The notes beneath the pieces were generated by a model that saw only the letters and a program-made list of their open reading frames with translations, ran no database searches and was not told the origin of the DNA. Below, one piece after another: positions 53,471-64,000 of a stretch of DNA of 64,000 nucleotides (positions within the stretch are counted from its first letter, which is position 1; each line of letters starts with the position of its first letter). This stretch comes from the human T2T-CHM13v2.0 reference genome, Homo sapiens, in assembly GCF_009914755.1 (NCBI RefSeq), contig NC_060946.1. One strand, 5' to 3'. The position numbers and the translations under genes are program-made.

Positions 53471-56400
53471 ATGGAATCACATGGAATCGCAAGTGAATGA
53501 ATCAAAAGGAATGGAAAAGAATGGAATGGAAAGAATGGAATAAAATAGAATTGAATGGAGTTGAACGGAAAAAACGGAATCGAACGGAATCAAATGGAAT
53601 TGAATCTAATGGAATCAAATGATATCAAATGCAATAGAATGGAATGCAATGAAGTGGAGTGGAGTAGAATGGATTGGAGTGGAATGGGGTGGAATGAAAT
53701 TGAATGGTGTGGAGAGGAATGGAGTGGAATGGAGTGGAATTGAATGAAAAGGGAAGGAATGGAATTGAACGGTGTGTAGTTGGGTGGAGTCGAGTTGCAT
53801 GCAATGAAGTGGAGTGGAATGCAGTGGAATGGAACGGATTGGAATGGAGTGGATTGCAATGGAATGAAGTGGAGAGGAATGAAGTGGAATGGAAGAGTGG
53901 AGTGGAGTGGAGTGGAGTGGACTGGAGTGGATTGGAGTGGAATGGAATGGAATGGAGCTGAGTGGAATGGAGTGGCGTGGAATGTAGTGCAGTGGAGTGG
54001 AGTGGAGTGGAATCAAATAGAATGGAGTGGAATGGAATGGAATCGCATAGTATCGCATGGAATCGCAGGGAAACGAACCAAATCGAATCGAATCGAATCT
54101 AATCAAATTGAATCGAATTAAATCAAAAGAAATTGAATGTAATCGAATGGAATCGAATGGACAAAATGGAATCAAATGGCATAGAATTGAAAGGAATCAA
54201 ACGGCATCAAATGAAATCAAATGGAATGTGGAGAGGTGGAGTGGAGTCTAGTGGAATGGAGTGGAATGGAATGGCGTGTAATGGATTTGTATAGAGTGGA
54301 GTGGAGAGGAATGAACTGGAATGGAATGGAATGGGAAGGAATGGAATTGAACATAGTGTAGTGGAGTGGAGTTGAGTGGAAAGGAATGGAATGAAATGAA
54401 ATGGAATGGAATAGAATCAAATGGAATCAAACGGAATCAAATGGAATGGAATCGAATGGAATGGAGTCGAATAGAATCGAAAGGAATCCAATGGAATCAA
54501 AAGGAAAAAATGGAATCAAAAGGAATCGAACGGAATCAAACTGAATGTAATCAAATGGCATCAAATAGAGTCAAATAGATTGCGGTGAAGTGAAGTCGAG
54601 TGGAGTGGAATGGAATGGAATGGAAGGGAATGGAATCACATGGAATTGCATGCAATCGGATGGAAATGAACCGAATCAATTCGAATAGAATCAAATTGAA
54701 TTAAAATCAGTCGAATGGAATTGAATGGAATCGAATGGAAAAAATGGGATTGAATGGGATTGAATGGAATCGAATCGAATGGAATCCAGTGGCATCGAAT
54801 TGAATGGAATGGAGTGTGGTGAAGTGGAGCAGATTGGAGTGTAATGGAGTGGAATGGAATAAAGTGGAATGGAATAGACTGGATTGGAGTGAAGTGCAGT
54901 GGAATGGAGTGGAGTGGAATGGAGTGGAGTGGAATGGATTGGAAGGGAATTGAATGGAATGGAATGAAATGGAATGGAATGGAATGGAATGTAACCGCAT
55001 GGAATTGCATGGAAAAACATCCAATCGAATCAAATTGAATCAAATGCTATCAAATGGAATTGAATTTAATCGAATGGAATCGAATGGACAAAAGGTAATC
55101 AAATGGTATTGAATGGAATCGAATTGAAAGGAATCAAATGGCATCGAATGGCACCGAATGGAATGCGGAGAAATGAAGTGGAGTGGAATGGAATGGAGTG
55201 GAATGGAGTGGATTGGACTGGAGTGGGATGGAATTGAATGGAGTGGGGTGAATTGGAGTGGAGTAGAATGGAATGGAATGGAGTGGAGTGTATTGGAGTG
55301 GAATGGAATGGAATGAAACGGAAAGGAATGCAATGGAATGGAGTTGAGTTGAATACACTGGAGTGGAATGGATTGGAGTGGAGTGGAATGGAGTAGAGTA
55401 GAATGGAGTGGAATGTAATGGATTGGAGTGGCGTGGAATGGACTGGAGTGGAAGGCAGTGGAGTGGAATGGAATGGAATAGAATGGAATCCCATGGAATC
55501 ACATGGAATCGCATGGAAACGTATCCAATCGAATCGAATCGAATTGAATGAATCTAATGTAACTGAATTTAATCTAATGGAAGAGAATGGACAAAATTTA
55601 ATCGAATGGAATTGAATGGAATCGAATTGAAAGGAATCGAATGGCATGTAATGAAACCGAACGGAATGTGGAGAAGTGAAGTGGAATGGAGTGGAATGTA
55701 ATGGAATTGAATGGAATGAAATGGAATGGAAAGGAATAGAATGCAGCAAAGTGGAGTGGAGAGGAGTGCAATGGAATGGAGTGGAGTGGATTGGAGTGGA
55801 ATGGAATGGAATAGAGTGGGGTGAATTGGAGTGGAGTGGAATGCAATGGAATGGAGTGGAGTGTATTAGAGTGGGATGGAATGGAATGAAATGGAATGGA
55901 ATGGAATGGAATGGAATGGAATGGAATGGAATGAAATGGAATGGAATGAAATGGAATGGAATGGGATGGAATGGAATGGAGTGGAATGAATTTGGGTTGA
56001 ATGCAGTTCAGTGGAATGGATTTGAGTGGAGTGGAGTGGAATGGAGTAGAATTCGGTGGAGAGGAATGGATTGGAGTTGAGTGGAATGAAGTGGAATGGA
56101 CTGGAGTTGAATGGAGTGGAGTGAGGTGGACTCGACTGTAATTGAATTGAACAGAGTGCAGTGGAGTGGAGTGGAATGGATTGGATTGTAATGGAATGTA
56201 ATCAAATGCAGTGGAGTGGAGTGGAATGGAATGGAATAGACTGGAATGGAAAGTGGGGGAATGGAATTAAAACTAGTGGAGTGCACTGGAGTGGAGTGGA
56301 TTGGTGTGGAGTGGAATGGAGTGGAGAACAGTGGAGTGGAATGGAGTGGAGTGGAATGGAGTGGAGTGGAATGGAGTGGCTTGGAGTGGGGTGTAGTAGA

Positions 56401-59400
56401 GTGGAATGGAATGGAATGGAATGGTATCGCATGGAATCACACGCAATCGCATGTAATCAAATAGAATCGAATGGAATCGAATGCAGAAAATCGAATCAAA
56501 TGTAATGCGGTGGAGTGGAGTGGAGTGGAAAGGAGTGGATTGGAATGTGGAGAAATAGAATTGAATGGAGTGGAGTGAATGGAATGGAACGGAATGGAAT
56601 GGCATCGGATTGGATCGCATGGAATCGCATGAAAACTAATCAAATCGAATCGTATCAAATGTATTGGAATTGAATGGAAACGAATGGAAAAAATGGAATT
56701 GAATTGAATCAAATGGAATCGAATCGAATGGTATCGAATGTCATGGAATGGAATGGAATGAAATGAGCGTAGTGGAGTGGAATGGAATCGAGTGGAATAG
56801 AATAGGGTGGAATGGAATTGGTTGGAGAAGAGTAGAGTGGAAAGGTATGGAGCGGTTTGGATTGGAATGGAATGGAATGGAATGGAATCGCATGGAATCA
56901 CATTGAATCGCATGGAAATGAATCGAATCGAATAGAATCGAATCGAATGGAATCGAATGGACAAAATGGAATTGAATGGAATCAAATAGAATTGAAACAA
57001 ATTGAATCGAATGGCATAGAATGGAATTGAGTGGAATGCCGTGAAATGGTGTGAATTGGAGTGGAATGGAGTGGAGTGGGATAAAATGGAAGGAAATGGA
57101 ACGTAATGTAAGGGAAAGGAGTGTGGTGAAATGGAGTGGAGTGGAGTGGAAAGAAATGGGGTGCAATGGAATTGAATTCATTGGAGTGGAGTACAGTGGA
57201 ATGGAGAGGAGTGGAATGAAGTGTAATGGAATCGCAAGGAATCGAAGTGAAGCGAATCGAATCAAATTGAATTGATTGGAATCTAATGGAATCGAATGAA
57301 ATCAAATGGAAAAATGGAATCAAATTGAATCGAATGGAATCGAGTCAAAAGAAATAGAATGGCATCGAATGGAATGGAAAGGAATGCGGTGAAGTGGAGT
57401 GGACTGGAGTGGAATGGAGTGGAATGGAATGGGGTGGAATGGAATTGAATGGAGGGGAGTGGTGTGGAGTCCAATAGAGTGGAGTGGAATGGAGTGGAAT
57501 AAATGGAATGGAATAGAATGGAATTGCATGGATTCGCATGGAAACGAATTGAATCGAATGGAATCAAATAGAATTTAATGGAAAAAATGGAATTTAATGG
57601 AATCAAATGGAAAAAATGGAATCAAAAGAAATTGAATATAATCGAAACGAATAGATTCGAATTGAATGGAAAGGAATGGAAAACGAAGAAGTAGAGTGCA
57701 GTGAAGTGCAATGGAGTGGAATGGAATGGCGAAGAATAGAATTGAATGGATTGGAGTGGAGTGAAGTGCAATGGAGTGGAGTGGAATGGAATTGAGTAGA
57801 ATGGAGAGGAGTGGAATGCAATGGAAGGGAATGGAATGGAATGGAATGGAATCACATGGAATCGCATGGAAGTGCATGGAAACGAATCCAATTGAATCAA
57901 ATTGAATCAAATGGAATCGAATGGAATCGAATTTAATCAAATGGAAATGAAGGGATAAAATTGAATCAAACGGAATCGAATGGAATTGTATCAAAAGGAA
58001 TCCAATGGCATCGATTGGAACCAAAAGGAATGTGGTGGAGTGAAGTGCAGTGGAGTGTAATAGAGTGGAATGGAAAGTGGTGGAATGGAATTGAGTGCAG
58101 AGGAGTGGAATGGAGTGGAATGGAGTAGAATGGAATGCAATTGGAAGGAATGGAATTGAACTGAGTGGAGTAGAATGGAGTGGAGTGGAGTGGAGTGGAA
58201 TGCAGTGGAGAGGAATGGAGTGGAATAAAATGGAGGGGAAAGCAGTGAATTTGAATGAAATGGAGTGGAGAAGAATGGGGTGGAATGGAGTGGAGTGGAG
58301 TGGAGTGCAGTGGAATAGAATGGAATGGAAAGGAATGGAATCACATGGAAATGAATCGAATCGAACAGAATCAAATGGAATAGACTTTAATCGAATGGAA
58401 TCAAATGGACAAAATGGAATCGAATGAAATCGAATCGAATGTAATCAAATGGCATTGAGTGGAATCGAATTGAATGTGGTGAAGTGAAGTAGAGTGGAGT
58501 TGATTGGAGGGTAATGGAATGGGGTATAATGGAATTGAATGCAGTGGAAGGGAATTGAGTGGAATGGAGTGGAATGGAATGGAAAGAAAAGGAATGGAAC
58601 AGAATGGAGTGGAGTGGAGTGGTGTGGAATGGAGTGTAGTGGAATGGATTGGAATAAAATGGAGTGGATTGGAGTGGATTTGAATGGAATGCAGTGGAGA
58701 GTAAAGGGGTGGAATGGAATGGAGTGGAGTGGAATGGAATGGAATGGAATCAAATGGAATCGATTGGAATCAAATGGAAAATAAGGAAGCGAATGGAATC
58801 GAATGGAATAGAATGGAATTGAATAGAATCAAAAGGAACTGAAGGAAATCGAATTGAATGGAATCGAATGGCATCGTTTTGAATGGAAAGGAATGGTATG
58901 TGGTGTACTGGAGTGGACTGGAGTGGAATGGAATGAGGTGGAATGGAATTGAATGGAGTGGAGTGGATTGGAATGTTGTGGAATGGAATGGAATGGAATA
59001 GAAAGGAATGGAATTCAACGAAATGGAGTGGAGTGGATTGGAATGGAATGGAGAGGAGTGGAATGCAGTGGAATGGAATGGAATGGAAAGGCGTGGACTG
59101 GAGTGGAGTGGATTGGAATTGAATAGAATGGAATGAATTGGAATGGATTGGAATCACATGGAATTGCATGGAATTGCATGGAATCGAATCGAATGGAATC
59201 GAATGGAATGGAATGAAATCGAATGGAATCGAATGTAAAAGAATGGAATTGACTCCAATGGCATTGAATGGAATCGGGTGGAATGTGGTGACGTGGAGTG
59301 GAGTGGATTAGGATGGAGTGGAATGGAATGGGGTGGAATGGAATTCAGTGGAGTGCAGTGGAGGGGAGTGGAATGGAATGGAATGGTATGGAATGGGAGG

Positions 59401-62400
59401 ACATGGAATCGCATGGAATCACATGGAAACAAATCGAATCATGCTGAATCGAATCAAATGGAATTGAATGGAATCAAATGGAAAAAAGGAATCGAACGAA
59501 ATTGAATGGAATGGAATCCAATGTAATCGAATGACATCAAATGGAATGGAATGGAGTGTGGTGGAATGGAATGGAATGGATTGGATTGGAATGGGGTGCA
59601 ATGGAATTGAATGGAGCAGAGGGGAGTGGAGTGGAATATAGTGGAGTGGAATGGAGTGCAATGGAATGGAATGGAGTGGAGTGGATTGGAATGGAATGGA
59701 GTGGAGAGGAATGGAGTGGAATGGAATGGAGTGGAGTGGATTGGAGTGGAGTGGAATGGAATGGAATGGAATGAAATCGAATGGAATTCAATGGAATGAA
59801 ATCAAATGGAAAGGAATGGAATGGAACAGAATCGAAAGGAATAGAATGGAATTGAAGGGAAGAAATGGAATCGAATGGAATTGAATGGAACATGATATAA
59901 TGGAATGAAATGGCATCTAATAGAATCGAGTGGAATGCAGTGAAGTGGAGTGGACTGGAATGGAGAGAAATGGAATGGTGTGGAATGTAATTGAATGGAG
60001 TGGAGTGGTTTGGAATGCAATGGGAAGAAATGGAATTGAGCAGAGTGGAGTGGAGTGGAGTGGATTGGATTGGAGAGGAGTGAAATGGAGTGGTGTGGAG
60101 TGGAGTGGAGTGGAATGGAATAGAAAAGAATGGAATGAAATGGAATGGATTTGCATGGAAACGCATGGAACTGGATGGAATTGAATTGAATCGAATTGAA
60201 TGGAATCAATTGGAATGGAAAGGAATCGAATGGAATTGAATGGAAAAAAATGGTAACGAATGGAATCGAATGGAAATGAATCAAATTAAATTGAATGGCA
60301 TCGAATGGAATGTGGTACAGTGGAGTGGAGTGGAATGGAGTGGAAAGGAATGGAGTGGAATGGCATTGAATGGAGTAGGGTGGAGTGGAGTGGAATGTAA
60401 TGGAGTAGAATGGAGTGGAGTGGAATGGCATGGATTGGATTGGATTGGAATGGAATGTAAGGGAATGGAATGGAATGCAATCACATGGAATCGCATGGAA
60501 ACAAATCAAATGGAATCGAATCAAATCAAATTGATTAGACTGGAATCGAATGGAATGGAATTGAAAAAATGAAATCCAATGGAATCGAATGAAATCGAAT
60601 CGAATTGAATTTAATCAAATGGCATCACATGGAATCGAATTGAATGCGGTGAAGTGGAATGAAGAGGAATGGAGTGAAATGGATTGGGGTGGAATGGAAT
60701 TGAATGGAGTGGAGTGGAATTGGGAGGAATGGAGAAGAATGGAAAGGAATGGAAGGGAAAGGTGTGGAGTGGAGTGGACAGGAGTGGAGTTGAATGGAGT
60801 GGACTGGAAAGGACTGGAATGGAATGGAGTGGAATGGAGAGGATTGGAATGGAATTGAGTGGAATGGAATGGAGTGGAGTGTAGTGGAGTGGAGTGGAGT
60901 GGAATAAAATGGAATAGAATGGAATGGAATGGAATTTAATGGAATGGAATCAAAAGACATCGAATGGAATGGAATAGAGAAGAATGGAATGGAATGGAGT
61001 CGAATAGAATTGAAAGAAATCAAATGGTATCGAATGGAAAAAATGGAATTGAATTCAATGGAATGGAATCAAATCGAATGGAATCGAATGGAATGTGATG
61101 TAGTGGAGTGGAATGGAAAGGAGTGGAATCGATGCAGGTGGAATGGAATAGAATGGAGTGGATTGGAGTGGAGTGCACTGGAATGGAGTGTGGTGGATTC
61201 AACTGGAATGGAATGGAAAGGAATGGAAGGGAGATGAATCGAATGGAATGAAATGGAATGGGAAGGAATGGAATTGAACGGATTGAAGTGGAGTGGTGTG
61301 GAGAGGAGTGGATTGGAGTGGAGTGGAATGCAGTGGATTGGAGTGGAATGTAAAGGAGAGCAGTGGAATGGAATGGAGTGGAGTGGAATGGAGTGGCGTG
61401 CAGTGGACTGGAGTGGATTGAAAGAGAATGGAATGGAATGGAATGGAATGGAATGGAATCACGTGGAATCGCAAGAAAATGAATCGGAAGGAATCTAATG
61501 GAATGGAATGGAATCGAATGGAATTTAATGGAAAAAATGGAAACGAATGGAATCGAATGGAAATGAATTGAATGGAATCAAATGACAACGAATGGAATCG
61601 AATGATATGCGGTGAAGTGAAGTGCAATGGAATGCAGTGGAATGGAATGGAGTGGAGTGGAATGCAGTGGAATGAAATGGAATGAAATGGAGTGGAATGG
61701 AATCACATGGAATCTTATGGAATGGCATGGAAACAAACCAAATATTATAGAATTGAATTGAACGGAAACGAATGGCATTGAATGGAATTGAATGGAATAC
61801 GGTGAAGTGGAGTGGAGTGGAATGGAGTGGAATGGAATAGAATGGAGTGCAGTGGAGATGAGAGGAATGGATTGGAATGGAATGGAATGGGAAGAAATGG
61901 AATTCAACAAAGTGGAGTGGAATGTAGTGGAGTGGAATGGAAGGAGTGAAGTGGAATTGAGTGGAGTAGAATGGAATGGAATGGAATGGAGTGGATTGGA
62001 ATGGAAAGGAGTGGAGACAAATGGAGTGGAAGGGAATGGATTGGAGTGGAGTCAAGAGATGTGGAATGGAACAGAATGGAATGGAAAGGAATGGAATCGA
62101 ATAGAATGGAATCGATTTGAATGCAGTCAAATGGAATCAAAAGGAATTGAAAGGAATCAAATGAAATCGAATGGAAAAATTGGAATCAAATAGAATCGAG
62201 GCGAATGGAATCAAATGGCATCGAATGGAATTGAATAGAATGTGGTGAATTGGAGTGGAGTGGAGTGGAATGGAATGGAATGGATTGGGGTGGAATGGAA
62301 TAGAATGGAGTGGAGTGAAGTGGAATGGAGTGGAAGGGATTGGGGTGGAATGGAATAGAATGGAGTGGAGTGGATTGGAATGGAATGGAAAGGAGTGGAG

Positions 62401-64000
62401 TGCAGTGGAGTGGAACTGAATGGACTGAAATGGAATGGAGTGGAGTGGAGTGGAACGGAATGGAGCGAAGGACAGTTGATAGGAGTGGAGTGGAGTGAAG
62501 TGCAGTGGAGTAGAATGGAGTGGAGTGGAGTGGAGACGAATGGAATGGAATGGGAGGGAATGGAATTGAACGGAGTGGAGTGGAAGGCAGTGGAGTGGAG
62601 TACAGTGGAATTTAGTAGAGTGGAGTGGAGTAGAACGGAGTGGAGTGGAATGGAATGGTGTGGAGTGGAATAGAGTGGCGTGGAGTGGAGTGGAGTGACG
62701 TGGAGTGGAGTGGAATTGAATAAAATGCAATGGAATTGAATATAATCGAATCGCATGGAATCACATGGAATCACATGAAATTGAATCAAATGGATTCGAA
62801 TTTAAACGAATGGAATGGAGGGGAGTTGAATGGAATCTAATGGAAAAAATGGAATTCAATGGAATCAAAACAAATGGAATCGAATGGCATTGAATGAAAT
62901 CAAATGGAATGCAGTGAAGTGGAGTGGAGTTGAATGGAATGAAGTGGAATGGAGGGGATTGGAATGGAGTGGATTTGAATGGAATGGAATGGAATGAAGT
63001 GGATTAGAGTGAAGTGGAATGGAATGGATTGAAGTGGATTAGAGTGAAGTGGAATAGAATGGAGTGTAATGGAATGGACTGTAATGGAATGAAATAGAAT
63101 GTGGTGAAATGGAGTTGAGTGGATTGCAATGAAGTGGAGTGGAATGTAGTGGAGTGGAGTGGATTGGAGGACAGTGGACTGGAATGGAATGGGATGGAAT
63201 ATAGTGGAAAAGAGTGGCGTGGAGTGGAGTGGAATGGAGTGGAGTGGAGGGGGTTGGAGAGGATGGAGTGGAAAGGAATGGAGTGCAATGGAGTCTAGTG
63301 GAGTAGACTTGAGTAGAGTGGAGATGAGTGTAATGGAATGGAGTGGAGTGGAGTGGATTGGATTGTAGTGGAATGGAATGGAATGGAACGGAATGGAGTG
63401 GAATGGAATAGAACGGAATGCAGTGAAGTGGAGTGGAATGGAGTGGAAAGGAGTGGAGTGGAATGGAGTTGATTGGAATGGAGTTGAGTGGAATGGATTG
63501 GGGTTGAGTGGAATGAAGTGGAGTGGAGGGGAGTGGCATGGAATGGAAAGTAGTGGAGTGGTGTGTAGTGGAGAGGAATGGAATGGAATGGAATGGAATG
63601 GAATAGAATAGAGTGGAGTTCAGTGGAGTATCGTGGAATGAAGAGGACTGGAGTGGAACGGAATAGAGTTGAACGGAATGGAATGGAGTGGAGTGGAGTG
63701 CAGTGGATTGGAGTGAAATTGTATGAAAAGGAGTGCAGTGGAATTTAGTGGAGTGGTATGGAATAGAGTGGAGTGGAATGGAGTGGAGTGGATTGGAGTG
63801 GCGTGGAGTTGAATGGAATAGAATGGAATGGAATGGAATCACATGGAATCACATATAATAGAATGGAATCGAATTCAATCAAATTGAATGGAGTAGAATA
63901 GAATGGAACAGAATCGAATTGAATTGCATGGAAAAAATGGAATCGAATGGAATCGAAACAAATGGAATCGAATTGCATCTAATGGAATAAAATGGAATGT
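53471..64000. repeat. Satellite III (HSat3), Alu-free domain with CGAAT/CAAAT-rich blocks alternating with GGAGT-rich blocks
   Basis: Recurrent ggaatcacatggaatcgcatggaaa...aatcgaatcgaat...caaatggcatcgaat motifs (e.g. near 53474, 54633, 55497, 56885, 57849, 59406, 60486, 61700, 62750, 63836). No Alu unit after 52929. Same strand polarity as the preceding domain. Confidence 0.9.

Noticed and set aside
22906-63978. Hundreds of long ORFs (up to 706 aa) rich in HSIPF/STPLH or MEWNG/VEWSG
   Set aside because: (CATTC)n and (GGAAT)n pentamers lack stop codons, so open frames arise in all six frames. This is a low-complexity artefact.
53471-64000. Classification as HSat2 because of abundant TCGAAT
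   Set aside because: The characteristic HSat2 ATCATCGAAT / 23-26 bp periodic unit is not evident and the 5-bp period dominates, so HSat3 is the better call.

Overview
Primate (most likely human) pericentromeric satellite DNA with no credible protein-coding gene. From left to right: (1) the edge of a highly homogeneous alpha-satellite higher-order repeat (HOR), a 20-mer of 3425 bp with four full copies and a fifth copy lacking 4 monomers, A-type monomers and no CENP-B box seen (1-16189); (2) diverged, monomeric-type alpha satellite (16190-22940) interrupted by a 5'-truncated, unusually mutated L1PA3-like LINE-1 with a probable short 3' transduction (20998-22168); (3) an abrupt junction at 22940 into about 41 kb of satellite III (HSat3). 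The first 30 kb of HSat3 is a GGAAT/GGAGT mixture carrying about 31 same-orientation copies of a CpG-decayed Alu 3'-end fragment, which has become part of the repeat unit and reveals hidden 2.9, 4.3 and 3.3 kb higher-order duplications. The last 10.5 kb is an Alu-free domain rich in CGAAT/CAAAT. All ORFs are satellite translation artefacts except the broken L1 ORF2 C-terminus. I found no evidence of a new protein-based system. The most unusual element is the Alu-fragment/HSat3 composite satellite.
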